From Marsupella aquatica (Eukaryota > Plantae > Marchantiophyta), in contig OZ316898.1 of NCBI GenBank assembly GCA_973895155.1, forward strand, positions 932,751 through 996,750: 64,000 nt of DNA, written 5' to 3'. Shown in pieces: positions 26,067-38,900 of the stretch. The stretch's first letter is position 1; each line of letters begins with the position of its first letter. The notes beneath the pieces were generated by a model. That model worked only from the letters and a program-made list of their open reading frames with translations, was not told the origin of the DNA and did not search any database. The position numbers and the translations under genes were made by a program.

Positions 26067-27188
26067 AAACTGCCACCGCTGACTCCAATTCGTTCGAGCT
26101 ATATAGCGGATACATTCCGTCAGGCTGAATTTGGTCTACGTTGTAGCTGTCTTGGAGAAGTCATTACAGTGACGAGGAGCTTGTTGCCGCGAGGGAGGCT
26201 CTGGAGGACAATGGGGAGTTTGGTCGAGGGCAACAGCCGGGACTCGGGAGGGAGTTGACTTCCCTGAAGTGGCCATGATCGGAACACTCAGCTATTGAAT
26301 CAATTTTGTTAAAACTGGCACAGATTAACGTGGAGAGCGAGCTCACACCCTTGCCTCCTCCCCCGCCCTCCATCCAGCCACTCGCTGTGCAGCCGAGTTT
26401 TGTCCTACTGAGCGTGTACTGCACACTCTGCAGTCAAAGCATGGCTTGACTGCTGGAGGAGACAGCAGCTTCTCGATGTACTACGGGGATCGAGTATGTC
26501 TTTGCGACTTGTGGTTGGAGTGGTCTTACGGCTCTGACTCTGGCAGCTTAGCTTTTCGAGAGACCAATGCGGTGAAGCGGCTTCGAGGTTCACTCGTTTA
26601 GTGCCTATTTTCGAGGTTCATTATACGGTTTGGGAGTGGGTCTGCCTTGAGGCTCCGGTCGTTGCAGTTCCCTCTGATGGACTTCCTCAGAGGTTCATCT
26701 TACGGTTTTTGGAATCTCCCCTCTTCGTTTCCGGTAAACTAAATTTGATCGATCCCAACTGAGGACCCTAAACAACGTGTGAGCTCTTTGGCCGATTGTC
26801 ATTGATACTCTGCATTGAAGCGGACATCGAATTGGCTGCGCATGTGTAACAACACACTCGGGGGACCTCCTCCGAATCATCAACTTCTCCTTGCTTACTT
26901 CAACAGTCTAAATGGACGGTATTGATGCAGTAGTGAAGCAACCATGTGTGAACGGGAAACAGGACCACTGTGGATTGCTGTTGTTCCGGCTATGGACATG
27001 ACTGTTGCCTCTCCGACCAAAGATCTTGCTACGCAGTTTTGTATGCTGTCAAGGGAGTGTGGCTTGAGCGTGACTGAGCTTTCGTGGAGTTTGAAGACTT
27101 CGATATCTCGTCGACGTTTGGATTGGACTTCGTGGTCGGGAGTGATGAAGCAGTACTGTTCGACGAGCCTTTAGAAACGCGTGCGGAA

Positions 27189-27268
27189 GGAGACGGGAGA
27201 CTAACTTCAAAGTGTGAGACGGGAAATTAACTTCATAGTGTGAGATGGGAAATTAACTTCAGAGTGTG
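27189..27268. repeat. 26-bp tandem repeat x3 downstream of MAKR
   Basis: gaga(c/t)ggga(g/a)a(c/t)taacttcaNagtgt x3. Confidence 0.9.
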
Positions 27269-28121
27269 GAGTGCGACCTTGAAATAGCACATTAAATATT
27301 CTTGATATGTTTTGTAGTAGTAGATAACAAGAGTAGAGAACTGCCCGTTCTTCAATGTACTTATTGATGAGTAAAGTTCGAGTTCAGCTTTTCCCGTTTT
27401 AGTTTGGGATAAAGGAGACGTCCACGAAATTCATTCTACTGCAAGTTTTGGAGAGTGTAATTTGCTACAATGGTCGACTGCACTGTTTTCAAGTACTGGT
27501 GGACGGGCATCTTCCTCCGATGCTTGGGATCTGGTTTCAGTTAAGACATGAAACCAATTCAGAGGTCATCACCAATTTGGACCACATTCCAACCCATGGA
27601 GTTGAGGTCCATCAAATTGTCTTTGTGTGTCAGTAAGCCCGGAACTAGGGAGTGAAGGTCCATGGAATTGTCAGCTTAATTGTGGGCTATGAATTTAGTA
27701 GTCTGGAATTTGTGTGTCCGTAAACCGGTAACTACTTTAGGGACTTAAGGTCCAGCTTTGAACCCCTAATGAATTCGTATTTGGGTGTTTCGTTTGGATG
27801 ATAATTATTCCTGCTCTCATAGACTCACTCGTTTTGCATATGGCAGAACCAGTTTATCAAGAATGGCTCCACCACATGAGAATGCTAATAAAGATATGTG
27901 TACTAACTGACTTGAACTCTCCCGACAAAAGTGAGTTTGACAGAACGGGTGCTTGTACGTGGGCACAGTCATATGGTTGGACATGTTTCCAGACTTTTCC
28001 ATAGAAACGAGAGACCAAAAACTGCGGGGAACAATTTCCTAAGCCAGGCCAAGCAAGCATTACAATTAGCATAAAAGAGAGTACAGTAAACTTCGCGTTG
28101 ACTTAGGCCCGTGCGTGTCTT

Positions 28122-29073
28122 AGACTAGAATCGAAGTGCGAAAACGGCCATGCTAGACTAACCATCCTTACAAGTTTGACAGAGGTGTGCCAAAGACTGG
28201 AATCGAAGTGCTAAAACGGCCATGCCAGACTATAACCATCCTTACAAGTTTGACACAGGTGTGCCCAAGGTAAACCCTTCCTTGTGAGTGATCGGAATGA
28301 TCCCTGCAATCTTTAAAACCCAAGAATTTCTGTTGTCAAAATTTGGTTCCAATCTTCAAAGCCCAAGAATTTCTCTTGTCAAAATTTGGTTGGCTATCTT
28401 ACAGCTGTCCCACAAATTTTTTGTACATAGTAAAGTCTTGTTTACAGGTGTGCTATAATGACCCAAACGTTTGTATAGAGTAAAGTCCCGTTGTTCACAG
28501 GTGTGCGATAATAACCCAAACAAGTAGAGATTCAACTAGTGTCGAGGGACTATTATTGTCTAGCGCAAATTCTCCCCGGAGCTTACAAGATTTTTATTTT
28601 ACTGATTTTAGTGAGACTTGTGGAGAATTTTCATTTTCATAGTGAGCTCCAAACCACCTCCAAATCATGCCCTGAAATAAAGGCAAAAATTCACGAATGG
28701 CTAAGTTTAGTAGACTGAGAGAGCATGAAAAATTCTTCATATTGTCATGTATCAGCGGACATTCGTGTGATGTGAGTGGTTCATTTAATCACAGCTCTTG
28801 GACAGTTGATGAACTCGTCAATTTGTTGATTGAATGCGGATAACTCGGCAAGCTGACTTCCAGAAGATCTTGGGGGAGTGAAGAAATCTTGAGAAAGAGC
28901 TCCACAAGCTTTTCGAATAAGAAATAACAAGTCTCCACCTTTCCGGAAGGATGTGTTCAATACAATGAACTCCATTTGCTAACATTTAGTTTTTACAGAG
29001 TTAGGAAATATAGAAAAGGATGTTGTTCAATACAATGAACCCCATTTGCCAGCATTTAGATTTTACAGAGTTA
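28122..29073. repeat. Cluster of four unrelated tandem doublets
   Basis: ~72-bp x2 (28122-28268), ~43-bp x2 (28287-28391), ~50-bp x2 (28420-28521) and ~70-bp x2 (28947-29073). Confidence 0.85.
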
Positions 29074-30211
29074 CAATGTACAGTGAGTTCGCTGAACAGA
29101 GATGAGATATGTCAGATGCAAGGAGACATAGATTTCAGATTGCCAATGGAAATACAAGCTACCCTAAGGCTAGGACAGAGTGGTAGGTTCACCCTTCGAC
29201 AGGTCCCTCCATGAACATGCCAACTTTTTATTTCGGGGGTTGGCTGGGTTCTAGAAGCATTGTTTGCAATTACTGCGTTGACGTGCTCCCACAGAAGAGA
29301 ATTGGCTACAGAAGATGGCTTCTAAGTAGAGCCATTTCCATTATTTTGCCCTTTTGACATTGACTTCATCTGGGCAGGACTTCAATTTAGAGAACACATG
29401 GCCCGGCCCGTAAGTTTCAGTTTTGGCAGAAACCGAGATGCAGACACCTCAAATCCCAGCACAAGCAGGACGCCCACGTAGACCGTCATCGTAGAACAGG
29501 AATGCACATGCGCAGGAACGCAGATGAACTGGAACGCACATGAGTAGGACCCGCAAGGTTTTCCAGAGGCGCAAGTGAGAAGAGTGAAGCAAGAGCGCAT
29601 GTAATCCGGGACTTTGGAGGGCGACATTTTGCAGAGAGACGTTTGGAGCGACAATTCCCTGCACTGCCCCTGTATAATCTTTAGTTGGAAACGACCAGCC
29701 GGGACACCGCATCTGAGCCTCACCCATAGCATTTGAATGATCTGTGGATGAGCAGAATCTGCTTGCTCGTCGCCGTCATCTTCGGGAACGCTGTGGGCCG
29801 GAACTGTGGACAAAAGTCTGGGTTTGCGTCTCGCCAGCACCTTCGGGAGTGTTGAGGGCCGGAAACTCAAGGGCTGCCAACATACAAAGACGGCCCTTAG
29901 GTTTTTTTGTTCCTTGCTGTTGGAGAGTTGGGCTTTTGCCTGGGTCCATCGAACTTTTCGGCTCTTAGTTGCCTCCCCATATTTAGTCTTTCGCCTGTGG
30001 GATGATGTCTACAAGTTGGGCGCCTCTTGTTTTTTGGCAGTTTGATATTTAATTTGGCTCAGGAGGAGGAAATTTGAATGCCGAGGTAGTCGAGAGCGAA
30101 GGTATTGTCGTACTCAGCTTGTAGTTCCCGTTCAATCTCTCGTTTTTTGGTCTTTCTTTTATACTTATTGGATTCCTTTGTCGGCGCGTTAGACCCCTTC
30201 GCAGGACAGCA

Positions 30212-30455
30212 GTAATCGTAATCGTAATCGTAATCGATTCGATACGAGTTTCTTTAGTTCTCCCGGGACTGGACTCTGTTCTCTTTTGTTCTATTTCTAT
30301 TCTGGAATGGACGGACGGTATCCAATGACGTTGAGAGTACGACAGAAGCTGTAGGTTTCCAGTGAATTTGTTGTATGCTTGGTGCATGTGCATCTTGTCC
30401 TGCGCGATACGATTTGTGTCTCTGTTTCTCTGTTTCTCTGTTTCTCTGTTTCTCC
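30212..30455. repeat. Microsatellites (GTAATC)4 and (TCTCTGTT)4
   Basis: Directly visible at ~30212-30236 and ~30419-30454. Confidence 0.9.
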
Positions 30456-31251
30456 TTTGTCTGGCCAGGGAGAAATTGGGTGAACCTTTAGGTTTTGTCG
30501 TACACGAATTGATGAGAGCTTTGTGAGTGAGAACTACCGGAGGTACGAGTTCGAGGGAGAGCCGTGGATCATTGCAAAGCTAGAGAACTTGTGTAGCTAA
30601 TCACATAACCTTGGATGAATTTGTTTGCCTTGAAAAACTCACTGTAATGAACTATTCTATGAATAGCGTACAAACAGGGGAAGCTCACAAGGTAGACCAA
30701 TCCTAGTGACATATCTCAATTCCGTCCGATGTTCAAATTTTGTGCCGGATCGTTTGGACCCTTTTTCTTTCCTAAACTTTTTAATTTTTGGAAGAACCTG
30801 GGAGTGTAGGACCATGAGAGCTGTTTTTGCTTTCATCTAGCTGGTTTAATAAACTATCAAGTTCCTACTATCATCGTTTGACGAAGAAATCTTTTGGACT
30901 TCCTTTAGCTTTGTGTCCAGGAGCTTTCGAACCTCGTGAAATTAGAATTTTGAATCTTTAGTATCTAAACACATAAAATTTTGCACTAGCATGCAATATT
31001 CTTGAAGTAGTAGGTTTAGCTGAGAGGGGGACCTGAGCGGGTTTGGGTTTGGAGGGGTGAAGCGGAGGGGCAGCTATAGTTCTAAAGAGAAATGTGCTTA
31101 CCTATCAACCTCAAGTCTGGTCGTCCCTAGAGGGAATTCAGCCTTATTACATGGATAGTCTCAAATTGTATTTTTAGTTCTACTCGGCTCTGTACTCTTA
31201 TCAATGCAGATCCCGTGAGAGAGCGTCACTGGAGCAGAAGGGGGCTTTAAG

Positions 31252-32758
31252 ATGGCTGATGTCAAGGAACTAATCAAAGTCGAGAGGGAAGAAAATGGGA
31301 TTGCGACTGTGACGTTCAATCGGCCCGAAGCGATGAATTCTTTGTCCAAAGATATGATGATATATCTCGCTGGGATTTTCAAGTCAATGTCAGAAGATGC
31401 AAATGTTAAGGTTATCATTTTGACTGGGGCTGGCCGGGCCTTTTGTGCCGGAGTGGTACGTCTCTTAGTTTACTTTCTTCCTCTTTTTCTGTTGAAGAAT
31501 GTAAATTACGGCATTATACTAGTTTTGGCACTCTATGTGGATTTAGAAGTTAGTTTGACATGCACATGAGTTTTTATCCCAGCGCTATTTGGATTTCTGG
31601 AGAAGTGTACGAAAACTTTGCTTGAGATGTTCTCTCGTGCCTTCTCCTATTACTCAGTCATAATTTGTCTAGAATAGTTGTCCCCTTTTTGCAGGGTGGC
31701 CTTTTCAGTGCCACCGGCCAACCTTTTATTAATCACTGTGTTCCTTACATGTGCCCCTTACTGAACTGGTTTCGTCGAATTTACGAATAGGATCTTACTG
31801 CAGCCCAAGGAGTGTTTAAGAAAGAGAAGTTCAAAGATGACGAGGATGCTATAGTCATGATGGGGCGCTGCAGGCAACCCATCATTGGTGTTATCAATGG
31901 CTATGCAATCACTGCAGGATTTGAGATCGCTCTGGCCTGTGATATCCTGATTGCCAGCACTGATGCCAAGTTCGTGGACACGCATGCTAAGTAAGCAAAC
32001 TGTGTCTATGATTGGGCGTCCAGTACTTTTCTTGGTGGAGTCCCCTGGATGAATAAGAAGACGCTTAAGATAGGAAGATTTTGGTGGTGTTTAGAAAGGG
32101 GATGTGTAGAAAGGATCTTAGCATTGTTAATGAGTGTTATCATATGGGCCCAGGTGCTACTATTCAGGTGCTACTAAGCAGCTATTTCTTACCCCTGTAA
32201 CTTTGGGTCTGGATTCTGACAGGTTTGGAATTTTTCCGTCATGGGGGCTTTCTCAAAAGTTGTCTCGCTTGATTGGTGTGAACCGGGCACGGCATGTATC
32301 CCTCTCAGGCATTCCTGTAAATGCATCATACGCCCAAAGGTGGGGTCTTGTCAGCCAAATAGTTCCCCCGGCGGAGCTCATGAAAACTGCAAGAACGCTT
32401 GCAGAGACCATTTTGAGTAATCATCCACAGATGGTGCAGGATTACAAGGCTATTATAAGTGATGGTTTTAAACTCCCTTTGGGCGAAGCTCTTGTCCTCG
32501 AGAAGGTACACCTATTCGACTTTAGTCAATCGGTGATACTTTCTTTGAGATCTCGGAGTAACAATCTTAATGTTTCGCAAATTTTACTTTTCTCGGAATA
32601 CGCATTCAATCTGGAGAAAGCTATGTGACATCTTGTTATGTTTGGTTCAGGAGCGTGCCCATGCGAAATATGCAGCAATGACTCCGCAAGACTTTGAGAA
32701 TATGCAAAAGTTCATTGCTGGACGCTCAAAGGCAAAGCAAGCGCCATCCAAGCTATAA
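31252..32758 (+). CDS. ECHIA: Peroxisomal enoyl-CoA hydratase/isomerase (crotonase family), 264 aa
   Basis: Exons 31252-31455, 31791-31990, 32223-32505 and 32651-32758, all GT-AG and frame-consistent; motifs NRPEAMNSL, GRAFCAGVDL, GFEIALACD, DTHAKFGIFPSWG; C-terminal PTS1 SKL. Confidence 0.93.
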
Positions 32759-33858
32759 GAAAACTTTTGGCCTCGTTTTGGTTTGGAAGGCAGGGTTTCC
32801 TCTCTGTAGATATATATAACAGTGCAAACGAACAAAAACGCCAAACCAGGGGACAGGGTTTCCTCTCTGAAGATATTTCAAGTTCTCCTCTATGTAGATA
32901 TTTCCAGTTTTTTTATTGAGTGCTGTTCTCTACAAATAGGTGAAGTTTTATTTCCAAAGTACTTCCTATCCATTTTCTCTTTCCGAAGGGCAGTATTGCC
33001 TTCACCTCCGGATTGAGTCACTTAGACTGCAGTCATTAGTATTCTGCTATTGCTGACGTGTTCTCATTGGGGCTTGTTTGAATTGAGATAGGACAAGTTT
33101 GCCCAAAAGGCCATGTTTCAAGGGACTGAGAGAATGTATAGATTCGAGTTTACAAAAGGGAATGATTCAGCTGTTGTTGTGCTTCCTTCTGACTGAAGTA
33201 TCTATATCTCCACTTGGTGTATTTGTCCGTAGCGAGGAATTATGAGGATTCTAATTCCAGGAGAGTCAGATGTTTACAAATTTAATATTAATAGGGAGCA
33301 ATCAAGGTCATTATAATAATTCGATGTGTAAGGAGTGGATGACACACCAACATTGGAGAATGTGTGCACGATTCCATTCATTGTAAAAGTCTGGACTGAA
33401 ATGAATGGAAGGTGGCAGGACTAAAGACGCGAGACTTCTCCAAAGAGGAATCCTGTGGAATCCTGTGGAATCCATCAAGTAATTGCAATTTAGGGGTCTA
33501 GAGAGTTCAAGTCTGTGTACATTACCCGCCGAGTGAACATAGTAAGATCAAATCATGTTCGTTTTGGAAGCATTGTCCACGTCTTCCGACCTTAACTTCT
33601 ATCGGAATGATGTCAAAGTTATAAGGCCTAAATAGCTTGTTTCCCAGAAATGTTTTCCTGGTTTCTGTGCAAACTCATTGACGATTTTCATCTGGCCTGT
33701 GGAAAGCGCTTTGGAGAGTCATGTCTGGCTTTCCGGACATGTTTGAGACCTCCTGAAAGTGAATATGGTCATAAAGACAAGCAATTGGAGACTGGATGCC
33801 ACGAGCCACTACAATCCAATGATTCACCTCAATCGATTGTCATACTCCGTATGTCTAA

Positions 33859-34740
33859 TCACAATATAATACGAGCTGGCACTTTACAAAAATTGTTAGG
33901 CTTGCTCAGGCTACGTATGGGTGTGAGTCGATTTGTGCGTTCGTCATGCATGAAGGCACTCCACATGAACCGCACGCTTAATGAGGTGGGCCATTGCGTC
34001 GCTTGCGTGTTGCAGGAGGAGCAGGATAGACTTGAAAAATCCTCCGACACCCGCTGCACGCTGAGATTTCTTCTTTGGAGGTTCTTCTTTGCCTTCTCTG
34101 TGATCAGTTTGGACTTGGCTACCCTTTCTTTACCAGGTCTTGCTTCATATCTTGCAATATGTTCTCTGGACATGAACTGTGACTCCCAAAGCTTTCGCTT
34201 GATATAAGTACGAAACAGAGCGCATAGGTTGCCCTTCGTGTCGCATTCATTGCGAAAACCTTGCACGAGTTCCTCTCTGTCTGTGGGCTTGCCAATCTTG
34301 CTCGTAGTTCTTATTCTGTCTCATCTAGTGATAAATGAAGGGCGGCCTTTGAAATTTTTGAATGCATTACTTCTCAAATTTTGAAGTGAGAAAGCAACAC
34401 GATTTTTATGCCCCGAGGGGCCATCTACTCTGCACAGATCGAAGTCTTCACCTCCCGTGGATCCATTTTTGGGGCCATGAGGGATCTCATCCTCAAGAGA
34501 ATCTCTTGATGCAAATCTTCCTTGATGTGTTTGTTCTTTCCGTGACTTTTTCATATTTTTCGCCATTCTTCTTCGTAACCCCAAATTTCGTTCCAGTGCT
34601 TCTGTTGCGTCCGGAAGGACCTCAGGTGCGGGCTCATTCTCTGACTATCGCTTCCCTGTGGTGATGGCGCGATCCTTCGGAGCTGTCAAAGATCCGCTCC
34701 TCTGTTTGCTGTCATTTGGGACTTGTAGGGGAAAATTAGA
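33859..34740 (-). pseudogene. Degenerate ~294-codon reading frame of unknown family
   Basis: One frame runs 34740-33859 with only two internal stops (TAG 34645-34647, TGA 34321-34323); no recognisable domain. Confidence 0.35.
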
Positions 34741-35908
34741 TCATCTGGAAAGGTTGTTTACTTTGACAATACAATGCATACAGAAAGTCTCCAGATGGGT
34801 CGAAGTAAGGGATCCGCTTGAGATAAACTCTCAAAACTCTGATTAGTGATTGCGAGGAGTTGATAAACACACTGCAGCGCATGAGGTTACCTTAAACCTC
34901 ATGCTTCTTGTAATATCGAATAGGTCTCCATACTATGGTTACTGAGTGAGTTGCATGTTCTCTTCTACAAATTGCATCCTGCTCCTGAAGCTCAAAAAAC
35001 TTATTTCAATCTCTAACGCTCCATTCAGCTCGGAGGAAAACACCTTAGAACAGCAGGACGACATGGAAAGGTGAAGATGGCAGGCACTCTTGTGCAAGTC
35101 GCATTGCCGATAGATTTATGCCAAACAAGTTTACACTAACACGAGGCTCAGAAGACCTGTGAGCGAATCTCTGTCTGAGAGCCCTAGGCCCATCTGGGAG
35201 AGCTAAATTATGTACTATGCACGGCAGTATTCAGGGCCTGCTGTTCATGATTCCGGAATGGGTCGAAGTTGTCATCAAAACATTATAGACAAGAAGTCGG
35301 CGTGAGATTGTACTAAAACTTGCACTAGTATCGAATGTGGAAGTATAAAACTGTGATTAGGTGTCCCATACTCGTGTAACTCTTCATCGAAATCTGCACA
35401 AATTTGGTCACACGTGCACAACAGAACAAAAAGGTAGGATCAGGAGTGAAAACGGATCCACGCCTACGAAACACAATCGGGAATTAACAGTAGCTCTAAC
35501 TTTTGTTATCCTTCCATGGCTGCGTCGATCCTGCTCAGAAAAGCCGAATCAGAGTAGACGAAGATCTATAAATTCCTTGGGGTTACTTCCGGACTGGATC
35601 CAGGACAGCCTAGACTTCTGGTACGTCGATAATTCTCTCTCTAATCGATTCCAGTTAGAAATGAAAAGAGCTTCGGGTCGCTGTGAAAGACCCATAAAGA
35701 CATGTATCATCAGCTTTACAGTTACGGAACTTGCCTGCCTGGGAACATCTATAGCTCGTGCCCCAAGTCCCCAAAATGCTGAAGATTTTGTACAGTTCTT
35801 CAACTTTTGTACAGTCTAAAATTTGTGCCGCGAGCAGTCTAGCATACAGCTTGTCTATAGTACATAACGAGGGAGGGTTTTGAATTTACTTGAGAGATTC
35901 AACGAAAG

Positions 35909-38900
35909 CTACCTTGCTATGAAACCGTGGCGCATGCACGGTCGTGGTAGTCGGAACACTTCCTTCGCTTTGATTAGCAAGAAGAAGAGTGCTCGATAGG
36001 CGAGGACGTTGCTGGACAGAATCGCCAGGTCGATCCATTTGCTCCTGCCGACTGTCATCTGGTACGTCACGCGTAAAACATACTCGCCAGGGATAGGTGG
36101 ATCCCCGGGATTTAGTCCCCTGAAGGTTAGCCCTGTGAACTCGTTCTTGTACATACCCTACAATCAAATCGAAGTGTCAATGCCTTTAGTTGTGTCCCCT
36201 CGGCATCTGAACACTGCTCGCCTCGAACACTCAACATAAACAAAAGCTGTTAGTTATTACTTCGATGCGTTTGTGGTTCGTGCTTGAAAGAAAACTTTCG
36301 AGTGGAGATTATCTTCATTTTGACATCTTGGAAACTAAATTGAAAATGATTACCATTCACTTCCCTGTGGAATGGATTCTGGTACCTGTAAGGCGTAAGA
36401 GAAAAAGTTCATGTAGAAAAGTGGAAATTTGGTGACTGGGTTTGGTATCTCGTCGGGTAATCTGAAGAATCCTGACACCAGAAGAAGGACCCCCTGTGTG
36501 AAAGACATTGGAATGCAATCGCATCGTTACTCATCAGTACCTCGGGTACGGGAAAACACCTACTGTAGGAAAAGCTAAATATCACGTTAGCAACTTTGAC
36601 GAAAGTCCCTCTAAAATCTGAGATTTGTCAATTGGCCCAGCAGTTGAAGTCACAGCGCTTTATGAGGAAAGGTAGAGAAGAGATACAGATTCCCGCAAAA
36701 TATTGCACTCATCTACATATTTCATTTCACTGCAAACGACGGGCTTGAAACTTTTTGGCATCCTATTCTGAAAGTGATGTAGTCTCTAAACATTTCCCTT
36801 CGCACGCTAACCTTGGCAGAATGACAGACTTAAGATGACCATTGCAATTTGGCATGTCATGGCACGATGTGTGAAAATTTCCAAGATGCATCACATGAAT
36901 TGTCTAGCAAAATGAGGAATGAATGAATGCGGGACAGCCGGGCGTCGGTGGCTCTTACCATGATCGAAGCTCCCACGATGATTCCCATAAGAAAGTTTGG
37001 CACCACACCAGCCACCGCCATCATCAAGCTCTCAACCACTACCAAGCTGGAGAAGACGATCATGGCATAGAACATGTAGTGGACGAAGCCGGGATGGAGT
37101 CCAGCGATAAAGTAGGAGATTGCTGAAGAGCTCAACGAGATGAGGAGCAGGAAAGGAAGGGATGACACCGTGTTTGCAAGGATGAACGGCAGCACACCAT
37201 AGTGCCCGTTCTGTCGTTCCCGTGTGAAAACCTGTGCCATACAGATCGAGAATTACCATGAATTCAGGTTCGACTGTGATTGAAAATGGATTGCACATAT
37301 TTCTTCTCATTTTGATAGGACGATGTGAATTGCAACTGACATGTCTTTTCCTTTCTCGTCCAAGTTTCCATCTGAATCATTGATTTAATTGATGGAATCA
37401 TTGATTTGATTGCAGGACTACGCTTACAATTACCTGGGACGTGAAGCGGTTTGGACCAGGGACACCGACAAAAGAATTGTGAAGGTTGAGATTAATGTTT
37501 CGAGAATTCGAAGCTTTGACCAGTGTACGCCTTTCTTGGAGTGAAGTAAGTGAGCAATATGAATGCGTCCCAGCAATTCAGGTCGTAGTTCATCGTTGAA
37601 GTGACTCAGGAAATCCGATCCAACTTGTTCGTTCTATATGGTCGTGATTTTTTTATACCGGTGCTTAGGGCAAATGTTTCTTTTGCTCAAGTCTTCAATT
37701 CTTTAGTATGCATTAGCATTAGCACTAGGACTTGGTTGTGACCCTCGCGGTCACTCTGTTTATGTCAGTTCCTGAATCAATGGGGGTTATTGAAAATTGT
37801 GCTTCTTTTCTCTGAAAATCAAAGTCACCCCAAGGGTTCCTGACTTTTCACAATTTTGTTTTGTCAAAGTAGAATCATGAAAGAGACGCACAAAGATAAC
37901 CAAGGGTTTACCTTACAAATTGCTTAAGGATTTACCAGGACTGAGCTCTTGAGTTCCTACTTACTGGCCTTTCTAACTTGCCTTCTAAGTAAATGGAGAG
38001 GTGCCATCGTAAGACCTTTTTTCCTAGACTTGATTAGCAACAAAAGCTGGATCTAGTCGTAGTAGGAGAATTGGGGTGCGGATGAGAATGATGACGATCG
38101 AAGAGTTGCTAGTGGCAGGTAGGATTGGCTTGGTTTAGTTTGGGGGCTGCTAGTGACTCCGTGGCTTTGGATGAGATGATATGCTGACAGCAGTCGATCA
38201 GCTGAGCCTTTAGGATATTAGTTTACGTCACGTAATCTAAGACGACCCTTCATAACTTCATTTACAAGAAACTGCAGCTGATTTCTGAAGCGCACAGTGT
38301 CCAGAAGTGCTGTTTACTACAGAGTAACTCCACGTCTAAACCTGATTTCGTACCCGTCGAGTACTCGGCTCTTCTTTGACAGGTACATGCTACTGGCTCT
38401 GCTCAAAGTGATATGACGTATGAAATTGGGCATCCCTTCGTTCCGATCCCTTTTTCTCTCGAAGCATATATAATATGTATGTATGATATACATTTACGAG
38501 CTGTTTGTCCAGCTCGAGGACAATGATTAAAGTGTAAGTACCTTCATGTCCTCCACGAATGACGGAAACCCTCCGATTGACATGAAGGTCAAGAATCCCA
38601 CCACGAACGATAAACAAGCTCCTCTTCCCTGCACGCCGTGGTCGGTCAAGCGTTTCCCGATCAGACATAGGCTCTCTCTTCCTTAAAGTTAACTCGATAA
38701 ATTTAATAATGATTGAGCTCAAGGACAGTATCGTCTATATTAGATTAACTTCTGGACGTATGTGGATTAGTAGCGAGAAAACGCCACCTCTCAACAACTT
38801 AGAATGGACAAAGTCACCTCTCAATAACTAAGAATGGACAAAGTCATCATTAATTGGAAAATTCAAGAGGTGGCATGGGAACGGACCGAACGACAAAAAC

